Assembly: GCA_964187785.1 (NCBI GenBank)
Contig: OZ076409.1
Span: 62,126,001 to 62,190,000 of the forward strand
Length of the DNA stretch: 64,000 bases
Source of the DNA: Amphiscolops sp. MND2022
Lineage: Eukaryota
Direction of reading: 5' to 3'
Below, piece after piece: positions 14,400 to 25,666 of this stretch. The position numbers and the translations under genes are program-made. Below the pieces are notes generated by a model that saw only the letters and a program-made list of their open reading frames with translations, did no database searches and was not told the origin of the DNA. Numbering within the stretch: position 1 is the stretch's first letter; each line of letters starts with the position of its first letter.

Positions 14400-17340
14400 G
14401 TGCCATCACGACAATCGCAGATACACCTTTGGATCCGGGCTGAAGTATGTATGGCTCCGGGTCAATCAGCATTTTTTTCTCGTCAACTTCAGCTACAAAA
14501 TCGATGTTCAAAAATTAGAAACCCCCAGCTGCAAATAGTTTCGCTATTTTGGAATATTGTGATGGTTCAATTCCAAACTCCCGTGTTGCTGATGACTCTC
14601 TTTTCTTTGGTTTCTTCATATCGTTTATTTCCTCTGTGGAACATAAGATTAAGTCTTTTTCGTCCTTCAGAACAAAACAATTGGGGAGCTGTGAATGGGT
14701 GCTCATCAACACGTCAGCTTGTTCATTCTCTAGAAAAGTCCCTCCCAAATTGATAATCAAGTTTTTCACCATGTCATGTGTTAGAATATGTTTGTTCCAG
14801 GAACCCAAGCGACCAAGCAGTGAAAATCTTAACCCACTTAAAGAATTTTCTTGACATCCAATGGCGATAGCTGTCAATGGTGGTTCTTTGCGGCAAATAT
14901 CAAGATACTCAGGTCCTGGGACGTCAATGTCCTTCACTTTTGTTGCACTATGAAAAATACTCATTACGCTGTTCGAGTTTTTTTTTCGAAACTGTCTGAT
15001 AGTTCTTTTTGTTTCTAGTCACATTATGACTACTACTATCATCAAAGTAGACCTCTGTTGGTGCGTTTTGTTCAGGTTCCATGATGTTCCTATAAGTTGG
15101 TTCCGCGTCCAACCCTTTGTCTTCAACTTCAACTGCGACTCTTAAGAATTTCAAGAAAGAAAAGGACGACTTGAGGAATAGTGGATCCTTGTGATAGATT
15201 TTGCCTCCTCCGCGCCTTGTTTTTGTCTGGAATCCACGATTAGCTTGGTGGTTGGATTTTTCAAGGCCTTCGCACGAATGATCAAATGGTCTTTGTATAT
15301 ATACACTCTCAACAAGTTGAGGAAACATCAGCATTTTCAATTTATAAGGTGTCAAACCGGCACACCCGAATATCAAGATTTCAATTTGGTAATAGGCTTC
15401 AGCCCATTTTTTGAATGTTTCATTGTTGAATTCTTCTGCTCACAGACATAAAACACTTTGGTTCAAACTCGATCGCAGGAGTTCGCAAGCACCAAAAGCA
15501 GATTTGATTTTGTCACTGGACACTTTTTGCTTGGAGTTATTTTTAATGAAAAGTTTAGTAAACCAGTTTCTTAGGATATTAACGCAAGGGACATCTGCGC
15601 TTTCTTCACTACCAACAATGATAAGAGACCCCAAACACCATCGTAAAGATCGCTAATTTTACAGTCTTTTGCACGTGCAAGCTCCTCTTTATCGGCAATG
15701 ACCGCTTGAGCACTCCTACCTGCGAGGGATACTGCACCTACAGTACCGATACCTGAACCACTTCTATGAGATATGTTGAACTGAAAGTATGGTTTCTTTG
15801 CATCTTTTCTAGTCAAGTTTTCTTCAAGCTGGCGAACTGCTACATCATGATTAGGAAACTTTTCTCTGATAATTTTCGATGCAATTCTCTGGAGGTCATT
15901 TTCAACATAACGGGTGGTCATTTGCGTGGTATCAGGACAAACTGATTGCTGATTGTTTATTTTCGTAGAAGATGAAGGAAGATTTTTGGGGGTCCGTTCT
16001 GAGGGGTATAATAACATCATTTTGGTAGACCAGTGTCATGATGACATTTTGTTGGTGTGTATTAAAGTTCCGTTATATATAGTGGCATTTTCGATGGGCT
16101 AGTTGACTCAACTGTGATTCCGAGCACTAATTTCATTAAAAACGGCGAATCGCCACTGTATGTCAAAATAACGCCTCGTTTTGATAGTTCCAGGGTCTTC
16201 TTAAAAAATCAACCAGACTCTGGAACTCCAGCTATAGTTGGTCCAAGGTTTTGCTCCAATGCGAATCTTCTATATTTATCCCTGTATGCAGCAAAACAGA
16301 ATACTGAATGTGATGATTGACACTTTACTTTGTCAGTAAGGATCCGGATTGCAATTTGTGTTGTTTCGACACCTTCAATTTCACAACCATCACCCCAAAT
16401 GTCAACTCGTAGGCCATTGAGTTCTTTCGTTCCAATTAGGAAGTATGACACCCTTCCACGCATTTGATAAGGTTGCAGCGAAAACCAGAGAAGTTTCTTA
16501 CTGGCTCACACATTGCGGTAAAGTAGGACTGAATCTCGGATGTTGACTTCTTGACCAATCAAATGCATGGGACTAAATAGTATCCGAGTCCAACAATTGA
16601 GAGTCTTGTTCGAATAACTTTTATAACATCTTCCATGTTACCCGTTTTCGTGACAATAGATAAATGGTGCCTGAACTCATCAGTAGATCCTCTTGTTTCG
16701 AAAAGATCTTCAATTTTTTGATTAGGTTTGGTTCCTTTTTTGTGAATCGTTGATCTTTTCTCTTATTTGCAGAGCTATTGATTTTTTCATGAAACTGTTG
16801 AACCCAACTTCTGACATCAGATTTGTTCTAATTAGATCAGTTTGTTCACGTTTGACTTTTTTTGGCGTCTGATTTTTCTAGCTCCCTTTCTTTTGAGAGA
16901 AAATTGTCACTGACTGGACCTTCAGGGCCACATCTTCAGGAGTCCCATCTGCAGGTGTCGCAAGGGTGTCTTTCATGTAAGGATTGTAATATGGTATGAC
17001 ATCATTAATGAAAAACAAACTGACAAACTCTCTTCTGGCTGAATTCTAAGGAAAGTCTTCAAATCCACGCAGTACAAGTAGTTTTGCCAATTTTGCTGCT
17101 ACAAATACAGGAGCTTTTTTTGGCCTTTAACAGCAATTCTCCGAATGAATTTTTTTGCATTTAATTTTGTGCTAGTCAACATTTCCCCAACAAGTGTCTC
17201 GAACATCCGAAACCTATTCGGTATTTCTTTCCCGGAAACATCGTCAAAAAATCTACAGTTTGTGATGAGTTTTTCATTTTCCACTTTGATAATATTTCTT
17301 TCCCAAATTGACAGGGGAGTCATTTCTAAAGCCGGTTTTT
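14400..17340 (-). pseudogene. Frameshifted RAG1/Transib/CMC-related DDE transposase with C-terminal BRCT-like domain
   Basis: Ordered motifs across broken frames: RVDIWGDGC (D1), LTYSGDSPFL (D2), VCPDTTQMTTR, LTPYKLKMLMFP...HSCEGLEKSN (E). Compare RAG1 KESCDG / GYDEK / DALH / TNYFHK / SEGNESGN. Followed by LSGLRFSLLG...DMVKNLIINLGG (BRCT-like). Boundaries approximate. Confidence 0.72.
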
Positions 17341-17724
17341 AGGTTTACTGCAAAGTGAAATTGTATTGATTGTAGAAAATTTTTCAGACTGACAACCATT
17401 ACACACAATAAAATGAAATGCAATTAGATACACAAAACCACAAGTGAAAATGAGTCCGATTTTGAGTCTCTCCATTAAATTGATGAAGAACGGTTCAAAT
17501 AATTTATTAAACTTGAGTCCATATCACCCAAGGCCATTTTGTCAATAATCACAATCAGATGCAAAAGAGTCCTTCATTATGTCTTCTCACATATAATTAG
17601 AAGGTTTCACCTCTTAGGACTGTTTGTTTTGTCTTTGTAAAGTGTTATCTGATTGAAAACACTCAAAAGGTAGTAAAGAAAAGGAAAAACAAAAACTGTT
17701 TGATTGTTTTTCAAAAACCTTGAC

Positions 17725-18220
17725 TACACCCCTTCGAATGAAATTGAGCAACGTAATAGGATATGTGTTCGGTTTACACGCCTTGTCTTCAAAGTTATGT
17801 CTTTGTTTTCCGCATTGTTTTCTTTGAGCTAGTTATTATTTACTTAAATACCTTGAAAACCAGAACATTTATGGTAACGCGCAATCCGGTGTCTGCATAC
17901 ATACCCCTTCGAGTGAAAGTTCGAGTGAAAGAATGTGTTAAGATTTTGCTTTGAAATCCACGCCATATGTTTGAAAATATGGTCTTGTTTTCCGCATTAG
18001 GTTCTTTGAGCATTATACTGAAAATCCGTGGAAACCGAGACGAATAGAATTGAGCAATGCGTTACGACTTGTGTTTGGATTTCATGCCATGTTTTTTAAG
18101 ATGTGTCCTTGTTTTCCGCATAGCTTTTCGGAGCACTTCATTTATGCTGAAAAACGTTGGAAAACGCGACATGTAAAAATCCCGGAAAAAGCTGAGATGG
18201 TGTCATTTTTGGTACCAATC
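17725..18220. repeat. Internal ~167-170-bp tandem repeat cluster 2 of element 1
   Basis: Same unit as 13840-14256; starts ACACCCCTT, ends TTTTGGTACCAATC. Confidence 0.85.
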
Positions 18221-18447
18221 AGGGGATGACTTATAAAAGACAAGTGCCTTGTTGATCATACGCTTTCAGAATAAAGTAATTCGATAGTCTAAGAATTTCC
18301 TCAAGAATTTTCACGAATGCAAGATCATGGAAGTCATATTGTAATACTTACTAATATTGATGAAAGATGAACTGTTGAACAAACAAAAAATGATCAAACA
18401 CGAATACAAAAAGTTTTTTAAAATTTAAAAGATTGTAAGAGAGTATT

Positions 18448-19850
18448 TCATGCGTCTGAGACAGGTACATTTCGACTCAGATCTCTATATGGGCTGTTTT
18501 TGTAGTGGCCTTGGCTCGTCAAAAACTGAACACGAATCGTGAACATGCCAATTTCTCGCTGATCAAAGAAACTCATTGTCTTTAAAAGAACATCTTCTCC
18601 ATCGCTTGCGTGACATGGGATCAAATCCCAATTTCTTCCAAGTACAGTATCCCATGTACCGTTGCACCATTTATGTCCCTCTTGGTTTGCAACACTATAC
18701 TTGGCAGCCTCTTTGAAATTGCAAGTTTCAAAGCTACAGAGCTTTTTTGTCAAAGAGGTACAGGGAACTAATGTTGCGGTTAAGGAATGCTTCTTTCTTG
18801 AGAGTCCCATCATTCGTTTCATTGCGGAAAACAAAGCATAAGCTTGGTCCATGTTTTCCAGAAGCAAATTAAAATCCATAACATCGCCTTTAGAAGACGT
18901 TGTTGTGACAACCCGAATTGTTGGAAAAAGCACTTCAATGTGAGGATCACTTCTGCTCTACATGAATGCACATGCTTTTCTCTTCTGATAATCATAGTAA
19001 CCTTCTTGCGTTCAAAATCATCATTTGCGTAAAATACAATAAATCCAACCTGAAAATAAAATGATTGAACAAATATTAGGTGGGAAAAAGTCCTTGAAAA
19101 ATTTGGTGCCAAGGGTTATCAAAATTCAAAAGCAAAATTTGCAAACAAAAAAGCAAGAAAGAATACCTTTATGACATTATTTTCACAAGGCGCATATGTT
19201 AATTCAACGTCATCGTCAACATTTGGAGGCAAGGAAAGAAGGTCGACTTGTGGCATCGGTTAGGTGGCGCTTGTCACACGGGCTTGCTTCTTGACGAATG
19301 GGCGATGTACGTCAGATCCTGAATCTTGATCTTGTTCAGTTTCATCATTTTTTGGTTCAGTGTCTCTTACACAAGGTTTATTTCTTAGTTGGCGATACGA
19401 AACATACCCCTCATTGTATTGTCCTCCACGTCGGTTATCAAACATTGTTGACAGGAAGCGTCAATAATTTTTACCCTACCTATCACAACTGACTCACAGC
19501 AATGGTCCTCCCGGCATCTTTCGCTATCTACACAATTACAATCTGGCTGCCAAAAGTAAATTTGATCGTTTCTGACCAGTCGACGAGCGTTGTAGCTAAG
19601 TGGTGTTGACCGTCCATTGTTGCTCACAGTTTCTTCGCGGACAAGATTGTGGGATTTTCTAATTTTCCAGTGATTTTTGTCAGGTCTGTATACTTCGGGA
19701 ACAGTGATATATTCTTTTCTATTGTAACACCAATCGAACCATTTAATTCTTACACACCAATCGCTCACAAAAGAAATAATTTTCGCTGATTCTCAAATTG
19801 ATGTCGCAGGATCCAAGATTTACACAACTTCATTTTCATAGAGAGATTGT
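18448..19850 (-). pseudogene. Element-borne gene: N-terminal Tudor/chromo-barrel-like region plus C-terminal WD-x-x-LG-x-x-WD domain of unknown function
   Basis: Translation LYENEVV*ILDPATSI*ESAKIISFVSDWCVRIKWFDW; probable intron ~19050-19170; C-terminal LVPCTS...WDTVLGRNWD. Homologue at 46969-48835. Confidence 0.55.
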
Positions 19851-20184
19851 AGAAGCATTTATATTTTAAAGCTCGAAACTAATAGAATGTGTAGACCCCT
19901 TATGTGGTGACTGTTGATGGGATGAGCGTTAAAGAAGACGATAACGAGATTGGTTGCAACCCAAATTAATTACAACTAGTCGTCACTTTTTTACCAAGCA
20001 TGTGCACTAATAAAAGTAGTTGCAAATTGGAGACTATAGCATCATTCCGAAGTAACGCTTTTCACATGCCTCATTTAGGATTGAGGTTTTCAGTTGCACA
20101 GCCGGATATGGCACTACAAATTACCATTTACCAGATATTATCGTATTCCGTATCAACAAATATTCGCAATCTACAATCATTATC

Positions 20185-22827
20185 TTGAAATTGTCTCTGA
20201 AAATCAGACAGTCAAAACTGAATTTCAAACTCTCTGAAATGGAACAAAACAAACCCTTTGCTGCATTTGTTGATGCCCCCAATTCCAACACCATCTTCCG
20301 CGGACATGTCACGTTAACCCAAATGCAAACTCCTTCTAGTTTGTTTACGCCCCTGGTATCGCCCGAGATGTTTAGCCAAACACCGGGCGGGCCACTCAAC
20401 AGCACTCCGCTCTGTCTCAAAGATCCACCTGAATTCAGCTTCAATGATGCGATGATGGAATAATAACCGAACATCTCCCGACTGAATCTGAAGAGGTCAT
20501 TAACGAGTTTTTGAAAATTCAGAGCGAATCATCAGCTGAGATTATAATTCCTCTAAAACCGTCGAATGGACATGCAAGCTCGGATAATGTAGCAAGCAAA
20601 CGTCCTATGCCCCCACCAGTTGATATGGTAAATATACTAAAACTTCTGAATAGATACGTTTTAAACTTTGCGTTTCGATGAGGGGCACGTTCCCTGGAAA
20701 CCAATTAACTTTTTAATTCCTGGAGGATGCGTTATCAGTTTCAAATACATTTTGAAAATTTTTGAAAACTCTCCATTTTTTAAATTGTTCCCGCCAAGAA
20801 GAAGAAGCCTGATAATAAAACGGATACAGTGGAGTCCTTCATCAAATGGACAATAACAGAGAATGTATCACGTTGTAGTAAGAGCATTCTGGCTACGAAA
20901 AAGGTTCAAATGGAGTTCAGTTCTTTCTTTCTAATTTTCTTGGGTTTTCGGGATCAGGAGGTCAGCAATGTCACTGTCCACGCCGTGAAATGAAAGAATC
21001 CGACGACAAAAATGCCTCTTTCAGGCTTGAGATAGATGTAGCGGAGTGATGCGCCCAAAAAACGTGCTACAATATCCCACGATGGTTATCGGGAGGCTTT
21101 GTGGACTACTTTGTGAGTGTTCGAAGCGCGTTTCTGGAGCACAGTGAGGGAACTCCTTTCGAAAGACTGCTGAGTGACCCAGACGATCGGATCCTGTACA
21201 CCGAATTGTTTTTTTGTGAACTCCGTTGGGAAACCCAACCAAAAACTTCCAACCTAGCCACGTTGTTGACCAATATATGGAGTCGGTATGTATTAACAAA
21301 TCATAATCACACCCCTTTGAAAAAAACAAGCAATGAGTTAGGATTTGGATTCGATTTCCACGCCATGTGTTCAAAGATATGGTCTTCTTTTCCGCATTGC
21401 GTTCTTTGAGTGAGTCAATTCGAACTGAAAACCGTGGAAACTAGGGCATTCGTGTTAACGCGCAATGGTGTGAAAACCCCTTTGAGTTAATGTTCGCATT
21501 GTATTAGGATTTGTATTTAATTTGAACGCCATGTGTTTAGAGATATGATCTTGTTTTCTGCGTCGCATTCTTTGAGCAAGTCAAATTATACTGAAAATTC
21601 GTGGAAACCGGGACAGTTTATAATGTAGAGCTAGTTTTGGTACCAGTCGAGGGTCGATCTATCTGTGACACGTACACTGTTGATATAATTAATTCAGAAT
21701 GCATATAGACACTATTGTGAAACCCTTTCAATCAAAAAACGACGGTATTTTCATCGAATGCAAAAACCCAAACAAAACAAAGCTAAATTCAATGTTTGTA
21801 TGAATTTAAACAGGTACTGAAACACTGTGATAGCCCGCTGTGAGAATTGGAAAGGCACCTTCATATTGTGTTGCCCATTGCAAGCGACACTGAAGCAGCG
21901 CTCCCTAAGTTGAAAGTCCAAACAAAAGCAATTTGGGAGACTCTGGACATTGCCTTGGACTACCAGGTCGTGGAGTTGGTGGTGAGAAGGCACCAGGATC
22001 GACAGAGATATGCCCGCCAATCAGCTCGTGCCAAGCCTTTTTTAAGCATATGAATGGGAAAACTAACGTTGCTTCGTTGGAAATGAGACTGAAGAGCTAT
22101 TTTCAGCGACAGAAGTGGACGACGCAGGATGAAGGCAACCAAGACCTGAGAAAAGTTTATGTACTTGTGCTGCCAGTGCTTATTACACCAAAAGTAGAAA
22201 CGAACATAGCAATTCAGAAGATTTATTAAAAGGATTGGCAAGCAATATGGAGTTTGAAGATCAAACTTTGCTTATGAAGAGATGTCGATATCAAAAATGG
22301 CCCGGAGTCACGCAGGTTTTTTTAGCAAGTTTTGACGAGGAATCGTTGCCACCCGAGTTTTCCAGAAAAATGAAGTCGTCCTTGATTACCACGGGCAGGT
22401 TTTTCACCCAAACATCAATGGACGAAGTATCCGCCATTGAGGTGTTAAACGGGAGTTTTGTCTTGAAGTCAAAGGACCTGACCGAAGGATAATCAATGCC
22501 TATGCGGAAACGTGTCCTGTCCACCCTGATAGTAGATGTATGGGCAGCCTTGCCAATCACTCAGTTTTGGAAGCCAATATGGAGTCCACTGATGTCGTTG
22601 TGTTTGCCGACAACAATCAACGTTAAGTTGTCCTCCGAGCAAGTAAAACAATTCATCTCTTCGAGCAATTAATTTTCTACTACGAAGATCCGGTAGCCCG
22701 CTCTGAATTCAGTGAGTCAAAGTCAGGCAGCAGCTCAGAAAACACCAGCAGCCTCTTCAGCGGTAGTCAAGAACCAAGAAAAGAAAACAGTAACAACCTT
22801 GCAGAAAATTTAGACAAAGAAAATTGA
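20185..22827 (+). pseudogene. Element-borne gene: tentative tyrosine-recombinase-like region fused to a C-terminal SET domain; disrupted
   Basis: SET: QKWPGV...INAYAETCPVHPDSRCMGSLANHS..EAN...VVLRASKTIHLFEQLIFYYED (22280-22700; frameshift and stop). Recombinase-like: LGFRDQEVSNVT and DYFVSVRSAFL...LFF (20940-21290). Intron ~21286-21813. SET is solid; the recombinase call is weak. Confidence 0.65.
21308..21650. repeat. Internal ~167-bp tandem repeat cluster 3 of element 1 (intronic)
   Basis: ACTGAAAA(C/TT)CGTGGAAAC at ~21423 and ~21590; ends TTTTGGTACCAGTC. Confidence 0.85.
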
Positions 22828-23396
22828 CGTTGAAAGGGAATCACAAACTTTTAGACATTTGTGGCATTGGTTCATTGGTTTTAGTGTACGTGATTGTTTA
22901 AAATGTTGTTACTTAGTTTGCACTGAAACTATTTTGAGATTAAAATGCTGACGAAAGCTTGAACCTAATTTTAAACCATTTCAAAGTAGTTTTTGTAACG
23001 TTTGCACCGCAATGCAAGAATTAGGTTTGATTTGAAGAATTCATTTACTTTGTTATCATAAGTCAAAATTTGAATGGAACAAATTTTCCAATAAAATTCA
23101 CACCCAAAATTACATCGGAAGCCCCTTGATAATTTGAGGTGAAAGAAAACGTACTTCAAAGTTTTACAAAACGTCACAAGTTCAATTGTAAGTCCAAAAA
23201 ATAGGTTGCTCGAATATTTTTATTCAAATAGATTCAAGTATAGAAAACTTTTTTTCCGACAGTGGGTCGTGTTGTGATGTTTCAATTCGTTACTAACGAT
23301 GATGTACTTATTAAAAAGTCGTTTCTTGTCATATCAATAATCACACATTGCTAATTCTTATCGGAGATTTTCAAAAGTTTATATATGTGTCTAATT

Positions 23397-23645
23397 CAAC
23401 GGCGGCATAATGGAGATGGTGGCGCAGTTGATAATTCCCGGTTGTCAGGAGTGAAGCTTGATACGTTGTCTACCACCGGTTCGATTTCGCCTATAAACTT
23501 CAAGGTGATTTGATGCAGACTACTCTGTATTCCCTCCATTTTGATTGAGCAAAAGACGATTGTGTTTCTCTTCACAATGATCGAAAGAGCCCACATGAAA
23601 TGATCACTGCGCCACTGCATCTCTTTTGATGTCCTTTTTTCCAAT
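23397..23645 (+). repeat. tRNA-like/Pol III-box module, copy 1
   Basis: GATGGTGGCGCAGTTG (A-box-like) ... GGTTCGATTTC (B-box-like); paralogous to 24121-24350. Confidence 0.55.
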
Positions 23646-24120
23646 TGGTTGTGATATCCGGTCTCATCCGTTCTTGTAATATAAACTGAAAGTTTTTTGA
23701 TCGCCTCATAGGCTTATCATCAAAAAGGTTTCCCTTCGTCTTTCGACCACAAATGTCATTTTCTGAAAACACATAGAAATTACATGCGACTTACAATCGA
23801 TTTATCTTGCCTCAATAACAATGAAAAGTAGTACATGGTAATCTGTTCGTTTTTCCGTACATTTCTTACGTTCATTGAATACTATCTTCTCATTGGTCAC
23901 GACAAATGAAAACGTAATTACGAGAGTTACGGTAATGTGACAGAACAATATTCCAACGATGTATTAAGTAATTGAAACACCGAGATTCGACCCACGATTG
24001 GAAACAAAAGTTTTTCAAAAGCATTCTCTATATTCCATTTATTGCTATTTTTCATCGAAGATGACAGCCAAGTGGTTCAAAACCAAGTTCAACAATCAAA
24101 AATTTTTATTTGTGTCCAAA

Positions 24121-24350
24121 GCAACGGCATAATGGGGATGGTGGCGCAGCTGATAATTCCCGTGGGTATGTAGTGAAGCTTGATACCTTGTCACCACCGG
24201 TTCGATCCCCGCCAACACGCTATTGGGAGACTCGATGCAGACTGCTCTGTATTCCCTCCACTGTATTGATTCGGCAAAAGGTGTCAATCCACTTCACAAT
24301 AATGGAAGAATCACTGCGCCACTGCATCTCTTGTGATGTCTTTTTTTTAT
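24121..24350 (+). repeat. tRNA-like/Pol III-box module, copy 2
   Basis: GGGGATGGTGGCGCAGCTG ... CCGGTTCGATCCCCGCCA; second A-box-like TGGCGCAGTGA on the minus strand at ~24311-24322. Confidence 0.6.
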
Positions 24351-25423
24351 TGGTAGTTCATTCTGTCTGAGAAGACTCCCTCTATCAAATCAAACTCAAC
24401 TATAACTGCAACTGAAACTCATCACTGATAGGAGTGGGTATTTGAAAATTCCGCGCTTAATGTGTTACTGTGGGGGGGGATGTTGAATTAACGGAAAAGA
24501 TCCCAGCATACCTTTAGCTGACTTGATTAACAGCTAAAATTTTCTTGAAGAAAAAACTCGAAATTAAGGACTCTCACTTTCAACTAGAATTTCACAGTCA
24601 TCAATTTCGGTGTGACCCAAATCGTACACTTCAGTTGTAATATATTTACCATTGGTCAGCTTTACAATTTATTTACAATTACAAGATTTGATGTTTCTGT
24701 ACATAAATGGGACACCAATTGAAACAATTGAAAGACATTACTGAAACATTTAATAACTAAAAATTTTAAACTGAAATAACTGATAATTTTAAATGAATCA
24801 TGAAATTTGACCTTTCGAAGAACGCAAATTCATTTCAACGTAGTAAAAACCTTACTTCCGAGAGGGTATGTTATAGGTACAGGTTCAACTGTATTCTTTA
24901 GACTCTCAAATGTAAATATTTTACTATAGTGGAATGCTACATTTCTACCAACTGTATGAATTTGAAAAAAATGAAAATTTTATTGAAGTAATTAGTGTGG
25001 AATTGAAGTTATATTTTGGTTCCAATCGTGGGTCAAATCGTGATTAACCGAGCATTATCTTTTCTAGCTATTTTCATCTGATTCCAAGAGATAAAATGCG
25101 GAAACAGAATATACGTGTTGCGGAATGTAGGTGAACGAATTACTCTACTGGATAAAAATGTGAAGTCTGAGACACATTTAGCACTAAGCACTATTTGCAC
25201 TCTACATAATTGGCGCTATTAGGGCCTGGCATAAGTGGCAATTAATTGGCCCCATTAACTTGCCAAGACACAAACTTGCGGAAAGTAAGATATCGACTTC
25301 AAAGGAAGCTAAGGCAGCCGACATCAAAAGGGAATGAATTCAGTGCACGCGTCTCGGTTTCCAAGATTTCGTGTCCTGATTTCCCCAAAACGCTCAGAAA
25401 AAGGATGCAGATGCACTCTATTG

Positions 25424-25666
25424 ATTCTACAGTCAATCTACACCATATAAGAATCCTTTAAAGGCAAGGGCATTGGAATCGTGTGGCTGGGATGCGAGGA
25501 ACGTAGCCATTACTAACCCAAAAATGGCCAAAGACGGCCATTTTTCGATTTTTTTTTTCGATTTTCTCAAAAACTGTCCACACGATTCGTACGAACTTTT
25601 TTTACAGGCATTCTACACCATATTAGAGTCATATATCGGCAAAGGCATCAGAATCGTATGGCTGGG
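25424..25666. repeat. 171-bp satellite, continuation after element 1
   Basis: Same monomer as 1-10295. Confidence 0.95.

Larger units (their letters stand above)
10296..25423. mobile_element. Giant (~15.1 kb) TIR DNA transposon, element 1, inserted in the satellite
   Basis: Left end CATTACAGTGCATC; reverse complement of right end CAATAGAGTGCATC (12/14). The satellite breaks at GAACGAAATTT (10295) and resumes in register at ATTCTACAGTC (25424). Flanks TT/AT fit a 2-bp TSD with one mismatch. Contains a DDE transposase relic. Confidence 0.85.

Noticed and set aside
24133..24220. Functional tRNA gene
   Set aside because: A/B boxes are present but the T-arm and acceptor pair poorly and no anticodon arm can be assigned; kept only as tRNA-like.
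10296..25423. True ProtoRAG (RAG1+RAG2) transposon
   Set aside because: No RAG2-like kelch/PHD gene recognised, no CACAGTG heptamer at the termini, and the TSD is 2 bp rather than 5 bp.
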